Of a stretch of DNA of 64,000 bases, positions 1 to 12,699 are shown piece after piece (position 1 is the stretch's first letter; each line of letters opens with the position of its first letter). The notes beneath the pieces were generated by a model, which searched no databases, was not told the origin of the DNA, and was given only the letters and a program-made list of their open reading frames with translations. The position numbers and the translations under genes are program-made. Origin of the DNA: Octopus vulgaris (lineage: Eukaryota); assembly GCA_951406725.2 (NCBI GenBank), contig OX597820.1:93558001-93622000 (forward strand), in the 5' to 3' direction.

Positions 1-648
1 GTTAATGTACATGTGTGTCTCTTACTTTATGTATGTAACTACCCCCCCCCAAAAAAAAAAATACCCCAGTGAAACGCGCCGATATTGAAAGTTGACTTGT
101 GGCTGGACTTCAAACAACAACGTTCACTTTCAAGTAATACGAACGTTGAAGATTTGACTGATTTAATACCACTCACAATACTCGCAAATATATCTGGAAA
201 AAAAATATTATTCTGGTTATTATAGCAAATTCGGAAACGTGGCGAAGTAGAAAGCCTCAGCGGCTCTTTCGATATAATTACAAAAATGTTATTCCACTCC
301 TTCTAACCAGTTTCAAGATAATGTTTAACAGTCCTTGTATTCTTCATCACTGTGTGTATCAACGTCCCACAACCTTCTTACTGCATTACTCAGTATTTAT
401 TCTACAGCCTATAATGTTACACAGTTCAAAAACAGTATCTTCCTTCTTATTTACTTTGTTCAGCATTTGTTTCAAAATTGTAAAATAAATTATTTTTGTA
501 TGCAAAACTGAATTATGCCTTCTGAATTTTCTTGGACTTTCACTTTCTTTACTCTGACATTCATTCAATTGTGAATTTTACAACGCTTAGGACATATTCC
601 AAATAAATGTTCACTTTCTGTACTTTCTTACATTACTCTCTTTTTTTT

Positions 649-1044
649 TTACTCTTTTACTTGTTTCAGTCATTTGACTGCAGCCATGCTGGAGCACCGC
701 CTTTAGTCGAACAAATCGACCCCAGGACTTATTCTTTGGACGCCTAGTACTTATTCTATCGGTCTCTTTTGCCGAACCGCTAAGTTACGGGGACATAAAC
801 ACACCATCATCGGTTGTCAAGCGATGTTGGGGGACAAACACACAAACACACACACGCATATATATATATATACATATTATACGACGGGCTTCTTTCAGTT
901 TCCGTTTACCAAATCCACTTACAAGGCTTTGGTCGGCCCGAGTCTATAGCAGAAGAGACTTGCCCGAGGTGCCACGCAGTGGGAATGAACCCGGAACCAT
1001 GTGGTTGGTAAGCAAGCTACTTACCACACAGCCACTCCTGCGCC
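649..1044 (-). mobile_element. tRNA-derived SINE (resembles octopus OK family), near full length
   Basis: Head GGCGCAGGAGTGGCTGTGTGGTAAG...GGGTTCA(T)TCCC, internal (TA/CA)n, and a GACTGAAACAAGTAAAAGAGTAAAA tail. It is the reverse complement of the copy at 58360-58790. Confidence 0.85.
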
Positions 1045-1229
1045 TACCACATTGGTAACGCATACTAACTTTTGCTAAATTGGTGACTTTCCATTTTTTA
1101 TAGCATAACTATGCTACAGAAAGTACGTTTTGCGCCTATGTTGACTACCTTTCGTTTCGCTTGAACTTCGTGTGTGTACGTTTTGCTGTTTTCAATATTA
1201 TCACTTCTATCAGTGTGTGTGTGTGAGCT

Positions 1230-1292
1230 GGAACTACTGCTATCTACTGAGGATGAACACAAATGGCTCGAAACCGTACGGTCTGGTAGTCC
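1230..1292 (+). ncRNA. Minimal type-I hammerhead ribozyme motif (Penelope pLTR-like)
   Basis: gctatcta CTGAGGA t gaac-acaaatg-gctc GAAA ccgtacgg TC tggtagt. Intact core, palindromic stem III, and one mismatch in stem II. Confidence 0.6.
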
Positions 1293-1439
1293 CGTCGCTA
1301 GAAGATGGTAGAGGTTCACTCCCCTGCTTGCAATATATATCGAGTGCAGACTGCATCGACTAACTGGCTAGAGGAGGCGTCCCCCTCGGGTTAAAATGGT
1401 AGTAACATCGGTTTCTAAGGAACAGCCATGTTGAAGAGG

Positions 1440-1695
1440 CTATAAATATTTTCTACATAGTTTCTCCCATTAGTGACATGAAGATCGTTGCGCTTTGTGA
1501 TATTTACATTATCCCAATTCTGTAACTCCACATTTCTGTCCATTTGGGTACGTTCATTCCCAATGCGTTCCTTCAGATGATTCATTTCTGCGATTTTCAT
1601 TGAGTACGCCTTCTTCAGCATATCCCCCAAAAAGAAGTCAAGGGGTCTATTAGCGATATTTCCCGTGCATCCAAACTTTATGGTTACCCTGTATA
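1440..1695 (-). mobile_element. Internally deleted Tc1/mariner-superfamily relic (transposase C-terminus plus one end)
   Basis: The minus strand begins TACAGGGTAACC (typical terminus). It then encodes PLDFFL(W)G..KKAYSMKIAEMNHLKERI with frameshifts, resembling the SPDL.PLDFFLWG tail of DD37D/Tc3-like transposases. Confidence 0.55.
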
Positions 1696-2061
1696 ATGTA
1701 AAAATTTTCTGTAGACCGTGATAGTCAATAAAATAGAAATAAAATTCAGAAATTTATTCTTGCTGTGCGGCCCAGTATCAAATGGGTGGATACCTGTGAT
1801 ATACTTCTTTCACTGGTGGTTCGTTCATGCACGACCATATGCATCATATGCATTAGATGTATAATATAGTAGTGTCAATTATGTTACATGACAAAACCAC
1901 TTCATTTTCAACCTTCTAACAATTGACGGAAGAGTTTCATGCATCAGTTTTCTCAACAATTTCTTCCCTGACACTATCGTTATGTCAAAATTTATATACC
2001 CGCATCAGCATGGCCGCAGCTCTGAGCTGAAATTACAGAAAAAACCCCCTAGATATTTGGA

Positions 2062-2154
<93 letters not shown>

Positions 2155-2329
2155 ATCTGTGTGTGTGTGTGTGTGTAATGTTAGCAGTTAGTATATTATA
2201 TCTAAAGCATATATACTGTTGAAAGCCTTCTAAACTGCGGTTTTCTTCTCGAGAAAGCATATCTTATGGATGCATAGCTTTTAAAAAGCACAGAAATATA
2301 CCAGCAGCAAACGAAAGTTGCCCAGTAGT

Positions 2330-2640
2330 GGCGGTGGTATTGCTAAATGTGGATTTCTGTTCATTTCTCATTGTATCAACCAAACAATCAGATTTTGTTA
2401 TACACCACTGGTCACAATGCACTTCTTCGCAATAATACCACCGTGCTTGTTAGGCAGGCAGGTCAACAGTTATCCTGGAAGGAGTGCCAGCCTGCTGCAG
2501 GGTTACTCATTTAACAGCTGAGTAAACTGGAACCACGTGAAATGAAGCGGTTTTGTTGAAGAACACAACGCGCCGCCGATCTGGAAAAGGAAACCAACAT
2601 CTTGCGATCATGAGTGGAACGCCCTAACCACAAAACAGTG
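2330..2640 (-). mobile_element. Degenerate tRNA-SINE copy (family 3-like core)
   Basis: Shares the cagctgagtaaactggaaccacgtgaaatgaag...gaacacaac block with 5105-5160. Confidence 0.5.
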
Positions 2641-2772
2641 TGTGATCAAAAACCTTATGTATTGTTGAACAGGCACCATATTTGATAACCTTTGATTTTC
2701 TGAAAATTCTCCTAAACTAACCATGTTGATATGTTGATTATGACAAAGAAAGATAATCTATGCACAAGAATG

Positions 2773-2859
<87 letters not shown>

Positions 2860-2872
2860 CAGACAGAGAGAG

Positions 2873-2904
<32 letters not shown>

Positions 2905-3361
2905 GGAGAGAGAGAGAAAAGAAGGATACAGATATTGTATTATTACTGTGTTATTGCTAAACTTAAATCAATGTAATTAACGTTGAATATTTCCAACGCA
3001 GGAACCAAGTTGTAAAATAAATAAAAATGTTAAAATATAAAAATATAAATAATATTTTTCTAAAAAATATCATAATCAATTCTGCCTCCCATGTTTTGAG
3101 ACCTAAATGGGCTCTTTGGTTAAACGGAGATTATGGGGTTGATTAGCCGAACAGTTTACTGATAAAATAAAAAAAAGAATAACAAATGCCAATTCTTAAT
3201 TAAAAATATTTTCACCAAACCACCAATACAGCTGCTACAAATCCCAATATATAGCGAAAGAGGATTATAACATTTTAGTAGTAGAATATCAATTGCATGG
3301 TGAATGTTTTTAACCAGCAAATTTGTTGGTATACTTGTACTCAATATTATGTAGCACCATA

Positions 3362-3990
3362 AGGCGGCGAATTGGCAGTATCGTTAGCAAGCCGGCCAAA
3401 ATGCTTAGCAGTATCTCGTTCCTCTTCGTGTTCTGAGCTCAAATTCCACCGAGGTCGACTTTGCTTTTAATCCTTTCGGAACTGATAAAATAAGTACCAG
3501 TTGAGCACTGGGGTCAATGTAATCGACGTACACCTTCCTTGAACTTGCTGGTCTTGGCGCTAAAATTTGAAATCAATTTAAGCATGAGTCTAAGGTTAGC
3601 AGGATCGTTAGTACACCGGGTAAAATGTTCAGAGGCATTTTGTCCGTCTTCCCGTCTTGAGTTCAAATTCCGCCGAGGTCGACTTTGGGGGTTGATAAAA
3701 TAAGTACCAGTTGAGCACTGGGTTCGATGTTATCGACATACCCACTAACCCGAAATTGCTTGCCTTATGCTAAAATTTGAAACCATTATTTTGCAATGCC
3801 ATAAGTTAGCGAGTTGGTAGAATCGTTAGCACGTCGGGCAAAAGACGTTCTGAGTTCAAATACAGCCGAGGTCGACTTTGCCTTTCATTCTTTTGGGATC
3901 GATAAAATGAGTACCAGTTGAATACTGGTATCGTTTTGTCGATTTTATCCCCTAAACTTACTGGCCTTGTACCAAAATTTGAAACCAATA
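3362..3990 (+). mobile_element. Three tandem tRNA-SINE copies (OR1/OR2-like family)
   Basis: Three repeats of GGCAGAATCGTTAGCA...GAGTTCAAATTCCGCCGAGGTCGACTTTG...GATAAAATAAGTACCAGTTGAGCACTGGGG...AAAATTTGAAA, starting at ~3362, ~3590 and ~3803. Confidence 0.85.
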
Positions 3991-4911
3991 TTTAACGGAA
4001 ATATTCTAAGGGAGCATTCTGTTATTCTGTTTATTCTGGTCCAAAATCCACTGTAATTTCTTCAACGAAAATCTACTCTCTATATCCTAGGATCTGCAAC
4101 AGCAAGATACACTAATAATAATGATTACCCATAATTTATTCGTGGATGTTCTAAAGATCTATGCCCGAAATATTTACAATGCTGAAAAATAGTAGGATTC
4201 AACCATAACATTTTCCGTTGATAGAGGGATGTAGTTAGGCCAAAAGAAATGTTTATATTTAACAATTCAACGTAAAAAACTGTTCCCCAGACACCAAGTT
4301 TTTGCACTATCTATCTCATTTGTTTCACAAAGCGAATGCTACAAATACTTCGGTATTGACGAAAATATATCATACCTTTGTATAATAAATTTTCGTCAAT
4401 ATGAGAGGAACAAAGATTGAGTAAAGAATGTTATACCAGAATTAAAAAGATATGGCAGTTAGACAATATTAAAGTGACATGCTACTTTCCCGGGACTAGA
4501 GACCGTTAGATGACATCACATCTTGTTGGCTATGCTTTCACAATCGAAGAGCAGGCGATTACTGTAAAATGTATCATGAACCAACAGAACAACAAAGTTT
4601 TAAAATTCCAAGATACAACCACGTGGAGGTACATGGCCTAGTGGTTAGAACTGCGGACAGCATGACAAAGAATGTGACAAGACTGGCCCTTTGAAATTCA
4701 GGTAAGACCCATTTTTGCCAGCTGAGTGGACTGGAGCAACGTGAAATAAATGCAACCACATCTATTGGTTACAAGTTTCGGCTATGTCTTCTGTGGAAGA
4801 CACAGCACATATACTTGGTAGCAGAACTGCGACAATATACACTGCAATCCACAGAAAAGACTACCCTGGGATAAATATAAACGTCCTATCTGCTATGGGA
4901 TACTTACATAC

Positions 4912-5231
4912 CGGTTCTCCGTCGGTTACGACGGCGAGGGTTCCAACTGATCCGATCAACGATACAGCTTGCTCGTGAAACTAACTTGCAAGCGGATGAG
5001 CAATCCACAGGTACACGTATCTTTAACATAGTTCTGAGGGAGATTCAGCATGACAAAGAATGTGACAAGACTGGCCCTTTGAAATTCAGGTAAGACCCAT
5101 TTTTGCCAGCTGAGTGGACTGGAGCAACGTGAAATAAAGTGTCTTACTCAATGACGCAACACTATGAATCGAACTCACGACCGTAAGGTCGTGAACCGAA
5201 TGCTTTAAACACTGAGCCATACGCCTTCACT
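4912..5231 (-). mobile_element. tRNA-SINE of a third family with a 13-bp TSD
   Basis: Minus-strand head GTGAAGGCGTATGGCTCAGTG...GTGAGTTCGATTC. TSD GATACTTACATAC at 4899-4911 and 5232-5244. A related fragment lies at ~59085-59265 (+). Confidence 0.8.
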
Positions 5232-5249
5232 GATACTTACATACATATT

Positions 5250-5661
5250 TCTTTACTAACCACAAGGGGTTAAACACAGAGAGGACAAACAAGGACAGAC
5301 AAACGAATTAAGTAGATTATATCGATCCCAGTGCGTAACTGGTACTTATTTAATCGACCTCGAAAGGATGAAAGGCAAAGTCGACCTCGGCGGAATTTGA
5401 ACTCAGAACGTAGCCGCAGACAAAATACCTATTTCTTTATTACCCACAGGGGGCTAAAGACAGAGGGGACAAACAAGGATAGACATAGGTATTAAGTCGA
5501 TTACATCGACCCCAGTGCGTAAATGGTACTTAATTTATCGACCCCGAAATGATGAAAGGCAAAGTCGACCTCGGCGGAATTTGAACTCAGAACGTAGCGG
5601 CAGACGAAATACCGCTAAGCATTTCGCCCGGCGTGCTAACGTTTCTGCCAGCTCGCCGCCT
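5250..5661 (-). mobile_element. Dimeric OR-like SINE (full copy plus duplicated 3' portion)
   Basis: Two tandem ~180-bp bodies. The flanking repeat ATACTTACATACATATT occurs at 5233-5249 and ~5665-5681. Confidence 0.85.
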
Positions 5662-6738
5662 TACATACTTACATACATATTAACATAAAGAGTATTTGGT
5701 GGAACATTCCCAACAAAATATCTACCGAGTGCAAACATAACGGACCTGAGATAGCTATTTGGGATAGGAAAGAAAAGTCATGTACAGTCACAGAGGTTAG
5801 TTGCTTTGCAGATGTTAACACCTCTTCCAAAATAGCGAGGAGGGAGAACATCCATGGACAACAGTTTGAAAACCACTGGTCCATTGCGCCTCCACACAAA
5901 GAGTATTACTAAATAGAAAGTAGAAGAAAGACATTGATACCTACCTTACAAAATGCATACACACATGCATATATACACATGTGCACACGTGCACATATAC
6001 ATGCACACACACATATGCATACACAAATGCAGATACTCATATAGGCACATACATATCCATCCATACATACATGCATGCATACATAACTATCTACTAACCA
6101 ACCTACCTACCTACATACATACATACATGCATACATACATACATACATGTGTACCTACCTGCCTACCTACCTACCTACCTACATACCTACCTACCCACCT
6201 ACCTACCTATCTACCTTCCTACACACACACACACACACACACGTATTCAGTATCTGTCTAACTCCGATCTCATCTTTGAACACAAAACAATTACTGCTAA
6301 TACATTCAGTTAATTAAATCTCAAGATGTTTTTAATCGTTTTACAATGTTAATTACTGTTCTTCTAGCCGATTGCTTTATATTTTTACTTTTGATTGTGG
6401 GAGGTGGGGCAAAATTTGCTAAATTTTAATTACAAAGCTTATTCTTATTCTTATGGTTACGAATATTTCAAAGGCTGCTTGCATATACATTTGGAGTGTC
6501 TTTCCTTAAATAAACTCTCTGATAAACGAAAACACTACCATTATTTATGGATAACTTTCTAATATTATTTTTAAGTTGTACAGTTATATTTCTGGCTAAT
6601 TACACAATCAGTCTAGTTAGGACATTGCCCTTAGCTTTCACGAAGTTCTATAGAACTTTGGTATGTCACTGACACTGTGTTCATGGCGAAAACAGGTCTG
6701 CTTTGTTTTTGATATGCCTTGTAGATATTGTAATTCTC

Positions 6739-6795
<57 letters not shown>

Positions 6796-6876
6796 GCAAC
6801 TTATCCATGAATATATTTATATTTCGTTTTTGGATTTGGTTTGCAAGATTCTTTATATGAGTTCGTGTGTTGAAGC

Positions 6877-7079
6877 ATATTATGTTATGTCTGGGGAGAG
6901 TCATTCTCTTTTAGTGCCTTATTATTTAACTATAATAGTCAAGACTATTGAAAAGGATGCAAGACGCAACGAAAATTTTAGAAAATAAAAAATAAGAAAC
7001 AAGTGGAAATTTTACCGGTGAGTGTGTTAAATAATAAGTCACTAAAAGAGAATAACTCTCCCCAGACACAACAGAATAT
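6877..7079 (+). mobile_element. Short Penelope-like element with 54-bp inverted arms and a variant hammerhead motif
   Basis: Arms 6877-6930 and 7026-7079 are reverse complements (4 mismatches by eye). The motif cta TTGAAAA g gatgc-aagac-gcaac GAAA att t tag lies at 6945-6981. Confidence 0.55.
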
Positions 7080-7149
7080 TTATATTTCACTTTTCATTTT
7101 TTCTTAATGAAATATATATTTAATTCTTTTTCAATGTTTATCCCTGTTA

Positions 7150-7545
7150 GCCATACTTTTCCCTTCTAAATTGTTTTGTTAAGATCTAAATAAAGAGATG
7201 TTTGATGGAGCAAAATCTGGGGAATGGTTCAGAACAATTTCCGCAACTTACGCGGTATGAGATCGAACATTATCTTGATGAGAGAGACTCCCAGTAGTTT
7301 ATTGTAACAGTCTTCAAATGTTGAAGTTGCTGACAATAGACTTCAGAAATGATTCCTCCAGAAGGTCCTGAACGCTCATAATGAAGAAATCTTTCCATAT
7401 TCCACCGAACACTGAATAAAATTTTCTGCGGGTGGAGTTTACCTCATGGATATGGTACAAGCTTTTGATTTGGGCTTAGTCACTGTCTGCAGTGCATGAT
7501 ATTATTGTGAATAACCCATTTCTCAACTTCACTCACGATCCGGTT
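7150..7545 (-). mobile_element. Decayed mariner transposase fragment
   Basis: Translates to NRIVSEVEKWVIHNN...LHPQKILFSVRWNMERFLHYE...SEVYCQQL with stops, a degenerate form of RIVTGDEKW/VWW/YCQQL. Confidence 0.7.
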
Positions 7546-7740
7546 TTAATCATTTAGTATTTAAACAGGCCATATCCCGCCCAAATATGCTACCCGTTTT
7601 ACATTCCAACCAACTAGATCCAGCCTATTACACTTACCCTTCAATGTCATTATAAAATAAACAATTAAATCATCAAAACTTCGAAGCTACCAAACAATGC
7701 ATGATTTATTGAAAACAATGTTAATGTAAAAGCATTATAC
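7546..7740 (+). mobile_element. Dispersed ~220-bp MITE-like repeat (second copy inverted at ~51850-52073)
   Basis: Clear reverse-complement similarity between the two loci (gccatatc..cccaaatat.ctacc.gtttta...ccagatcc..cct.tcacacctaccct). Both have TTAA-flanked ends. Confidence 0.6.
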
Positions 7741-7827
7741 ATTCATACATGTATACGTACATACGTATGTACATACATATATACTTACACACACACATAT
7801 ACATACACACAGAAAGTTACATATACA

Positions 7828-9027
7828 CAAGGGTTGGGCAAAATAATAGAAACACCTTAAAATTTCAAGCAAATTAATTTTAATATGGGGTAGGACCGCC
7901 TTTGGCAGTAATTACAGCTTGGATTCTACGAGGTATGGACTCGTACAAAGTTTGAATTATTTCCAAAGGAATTTTTGTCCATTCTTCAGCTAAAACAGTC
8001 TCCAGTTCTTGTAGTGATGATGGTAGAGGATATTGACACCTTACTTGTTTTTTTTATTGAGATCTGGTGAGCGTGGTGGCCAGATAAAATGTTGAACTTC
8101 ACTAGAATGTTCCTCGTGCCATTCAGTAACAACTTTAGCAGTGTGAATTAGTGCATTATCATTCTGAAGATTGCGTTTCTCTCTGGAAACAGTTCCGCAA
8201 ACATAGGATGAATTTGATCCGATAAAATGCTTAAATAATCTTGACTATTAATTCTGCCATGAAGGGAAACCATTCGGCGGGCGGATTTCTAAGATGTAGC
8301 CCCCCACCCAGATCATCGCAGATCCTCTTCCATGTTTAACAGTTAGAAGAAGGCAGTCTGGGTCAAATGGTTCTTTTGGCTGTCTCCATACGTATACTCG
8401 GCCGGTGTCAGAAATAAGGTAATGGATGACTCGTCCGAGAAAATAACATCCTTCCACTGCTCTAGGGACCAATTCTGTAGGTTTTTACCCCACTCTAAAC
8501 GCTTTGCAACGTTTGTTTTTGAAAGTAGTTGTTTTCTGATTGCAGTCTTCCTGTGAAATCCGGCTTTGTGCAGCTCCTGGCGAACAATTTCTCAATGTGG
8601 TCATTAAGCTCTGCAGTAATTTTGGTAGCTGTACTTTTGTGATCATTTCAAACAATTCGTGTAAGACTCCGACGGTCCCTATCTGAAAGTTTTGATTTTC
8701 TTTCGGAATTTTGTTTCGGCGAGGAGGTTTTTCCCTCTTTCTCAAAGGCTGTCATTACTGTCGAGACGGTACTTCTTGATACACTAAACATTTCGGCTGT
8801 TTTCGTTACGCTAGCGCTTGCCATACGAGCCCCAAGAAATTGACTTCTTTGAAAGTCCGATTGATATGTCATTTTAATGAATTTTAATTACCTTTTTCTG
8901 ATGATATCAAACAACACTAATAATAAATCAAAAACATAAAAATAAACAAACTTTTGACGGTTTTATAGATATTTCATAATTATGATGCTATGATGCTAGG
9001 TGTTTCCATTCTTTTGTCCAACCTCTG
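7828..9027 (-). mobile_element. Tc1 (DD34E-type) DNA transposon, complete but frameshifted
   Basis: ~30-bp TIRs CAAGGGTTGGGCAAAATAATAGAAACACCT / AGGTGTTTCCATTCTTTTGTCCAACCTCTG+TA. ORF pieces include the HTH (SVTKTAEMFSVSRSTVSTV), FSDESS, TVKHGRGSAMIW, DNALIHTAK and WPPRSPDLN. Confidence 0.92.
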
Positions 9028-9479
9028 TATACACATACACACACACACACAGGCACACACACACACACACAGAGGCACACACACACACGCACACACACAC
9101 TTATACATATATACACACATTTACATACCCGTATGTATGTATGTATGTATGTATGTATGTATGTATGTATGTATGTATGTATGTATGTATGTATGCTTAT
9201 ATGCATACGCATATGTGTGCAGGCGCACTCGCATATCTACAATATATATATATATGAGTATTGTGATTACGAAAGGATTAGCTCTATCTACAGATTGTAG
9301 TACAGAGATAACAGGAAGTAGTTGATAGAATAATCAAAAATAATTACTGGAATTTCAGGAAACAAACGATGTAGCGTGTTGTCGGAAATTTATTCAGTAA
9401 ATTCTTTTATGCGGAAACGTTCAGAACCTTTTGTTCAGCAAAGATCCAAAGAAGTGGGGGCAGGTCTTCACACACTCAG

Positions 9480-9562
<83 letters not shown>

Positions 9563-9789
9563 CACCCTCCACACTCTCTCATATATGTGTGTGAATATGA
9601 TTGCTATATCAATATATGCGGATATATGTCTTTATGCGCATAGATATACACCCCAGCCATATATATACATACATACATACATACATATACATACATACAT
9701 GTCCACATACATACATACTTATATACATACATACATACATACATACATACATACATACATACATACATACATACATACATGCATGCATG

Positions 9790-9843
<54 letters not shown>

Positions 9844-10379
9844 CAAACACAATATACACACTCATATGTATATATGTACACATGCATATTTTTACATTCA
9901 AATATTCATACATATAAATACATGCACGCACACGCATACGCACGCACGCACACACACTCATACACTCTCTCGCACACACTCATACACTCTCTCACACACA
10001 CATATTTAAAAGCGCCTGTTTAGAAATACCGAACTAGAGGGGCTCAAAGCGTAAGGTCACCGAGAATTAACATACATTAATAAAATTACTTCACTAGAAA
10101 CAATAGCATGATTGAACCATTCAACATTTTCAAACGAATTATTAAACATGTAAAGACGTCTCCAAAATTTTCCCAGTAATATTTCTAGTTTTAAAACCAA
10201 GGGTTTCAATTTTATAACTCCAGATAAATAGTTCACCTCTATCCATAACTGGGTTCTCCAAAACATTTCATTCTATTAGCCGACAATTAACTTTTTATAA
10301 GTAAATTTTCTCCCACTCTGTTTTGTTCAGTAATTTGAGTTTACACTTCTACCACAGAATAACAATCAAGGAAAAGGAA

Positions 10380-10720
10380 GATTAAAATTCTTTACAGGAT
10401 AGAATCTTCGGCCGTGTATAGAGCAATGGAAAAGGTAGATGCTTTGAGACGTGAATCTTTCGCAGATTGGGATGTCGTACTAGAAAAGCTAAAGAAAGAC
10501 GCCTATTGTCAAGAATCATATCCACAAAGGCTTTATATTTTAGATATACACTGCACCACGAGTCATTACCCAAGACCATCCTGGCAGGAGGCTTGGAGAA
10601 AAGAGCAAGAGATTGTCAAAGACGCTTGTGGACTGACTACACCAAAGAATGGGCTGACTGATTGTATGCATGCTGCATAACACAGAAAGAACTGGAGTGT
10701 GTTGGCAAACCAACCACTGG
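10380..10720 (+). mobile_element. RTE-clade LINE 3' fragment
   Basis: LLSRIISTKALYFRYTLHHESLPKTILAGGLEKRARDCQRRLWTDYTKEW matches the RTE C-terminal L.YFGH..RH..L.K.IL.G...G.R.RGR....W.D.IKEW pattern. Confidence 0.75.
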
Positions 10721-10799
10721 ACACAGGGAGGACATATGGTTCGTTGATGTTTTTCTCGATCTGGTCGACAAAATTCTGTCAATATTGAGCTCCTGAAAA

Positions 10800-11760
10800 C
10801 TGTAGTTTAGGAAAACCCAAAACAAACTTCACAAGAATTAGCGAAACAGTTCAATTCAAATCACACTTCGATCATAAAACACTTTCATTAACTAGTAAGA
10901 GTATTCAAACTTGATCATACTTTTCCTCATCATCTGAATGATTTTTAAATTAATTAAAAGTTACTATTTACTCTTCAATGATAAATTAAGAGCAACCTTT
11001 GATTAAACTAAGAAGCAGTTAGATGAAGAGAAACCCAATGACCAAGGTTAGATACTTTTCTTAGCTCATGAAGGTGTTTTATGATCGAAGTGTGACTTGA
11101 CTTGAACTGTTTCGCGAATTCTTGTGCAGTTTGCTTTGGATTTTTGGTTATCATTGAGCAATATTTATATTTTCCCAGGTAGAATCATCACAAGTGATGA
11201 GAAGTCGGTTCTCCATGATGAAAACGACAATAGTTAGCACCTAATGAAAAAGGGGAACTCCATCCCTAAACAAGGACGACACTAAAAAGTTACGCTCGGT
11301 GTTTGGTGGTATATGAAAAGATTCGTCCCTCATGAAGTGATAAACCAAAACGAAACAGTTAATGAGAAGTATTGTCACTGATTGGAAGCATTGCACAGAA
11401 ATTCGAAGAAAATGTGCCCATCTTTGATCAAAGGGGTGTTGGTTTTAAACAATAATGCAAGACCACATATTGTCCAAGTCCCTTGGGAAAAGGCTATGGC
11501 ACTAAATATGGAAATTTTATTTCATTCTTCTTGCTCTCCTCACCTTGCTTCAGTCTGACCATAATAGTTTCAGATCATTGCAACATTAATTACTGGGAAA
11601 AGTTTATTAATTGTGAAAAGCCTAAAAATTATATGGAGAATTTCTTTGCTTCGAAATCAGAATAACTTTGCACCCGAAAAATCAAGAATTTGGCAAATAG
11701 ATGGGATATGTTATCAATGATGAGGGAGAATGTTATTTTGATTAAATATATCAATTAAGA
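10800..11760 (+). mobile_element. Decayed mariner element with an internal inverted duplication
   Basis: Fragments NPKQTSQELAKQFNS, RIITSDEK, GVWWYMK..HEVINQNETVN and NNNARPH. Segment 11010-11145 is an inverted homolog of 10812-10940. Confidence 0.75.
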
Positions 11761-12206
11761 TAACAGAAGCGTTTGTTTCTTATCCATCTTGAAATCCATA
11801 GGATTTTCTTTTCAACCAAATAAATTACATATGATACATAGATGGCTATTTTAGTTCCAAACTGCTCCAGTTGTGTATATAACGCATTTTCATTCAGTCG
11901 GACGGCTATTCGCTGCTTCCTATATACCGGTGGCGACGAGTTTCGTCTAAGCATGTGGATGGTTGTGATTAGTCGCCGTTGACAAGGCCCATCTAGCCCA
12001 AAATGCAACTAGCGTTCTTGCTTACCGTAGCTGGGATGATTTTTCGTCTCCCTCTGATATATATTATTTTTTTAAACGCATAAAAGTCCATAAGAGATGT
12101 TATCTCGGACTAACAGTGCAATAACTTGCCTCTCAGCTATGCATATACATTAAGTATGATATATAGATAGCTATTTTAATTTAATAGTGCTTCCATTGCG
12201 TTTATC

Positions 12207-12254
<48 letters not shown>

Positions 12255-12699
12255 TATATACTGTATGTATATAGTATAAAAGAGAGGAGGAGAATTTCGA
12301 TTATCCCCACGTGGTGAGTTGTAATGCAAAAAATATATATGAAAAATAAAAAAAGGAAAATGCACATAGTTTACATAGTTTTAATACATTTTTAAATATA
12401 TTTTATAAGTGAAAGAGTATTGTGTTTGTTGACCAGTTTTGCTTTCGCTAATCATGCCATTGAAATTATTGTAATTTCGTATTTTTTAAAGATTTTAGTC
12501 CAAGTTATGTGGAGAAGTTTGTGAATGAATGATTAAACAAGTTGAAAACTATAAGGGGAGTCAATTGGTGATCGTTATTATTGAGGACAGGAGAGGTAAT
12601 TGCTCATATTTCAGGGAGGGGATAAATAAATATATATACAAAATCTCAAAAGCTAAAGTAGTGAGATGAAATATGTACAGTGATGGGTATGTGATCATG

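Noticed and set aside
61-600. Possible hAT transposase C-terminal relic on the minus strand
   Set aside because: Only vague similarity, many stops and no TIR found.
4100-4460. Possible piggyBac transposase relic (GIDE..., FRQYERNK)
   Set aside because: Two short motifs in different frames are not enough without a search.
10057-10330. Possible hAT (ZBED/SCAND3-like) transposase fragment
   Set aside because: Weak resemblance to the LAYL.D...KLN.L motif only.
11890-12055. GC-richer block with GGCGAC/GTCGCC pairing and C/D-box-like words, suggesting an ncRNA
   Set aside because: It matches no snRNA or snoRNA I recognise and has no hammerhead core. The minus strand reads like a decayed LINE zinc-finger end (AFWARWGLV) and tail.
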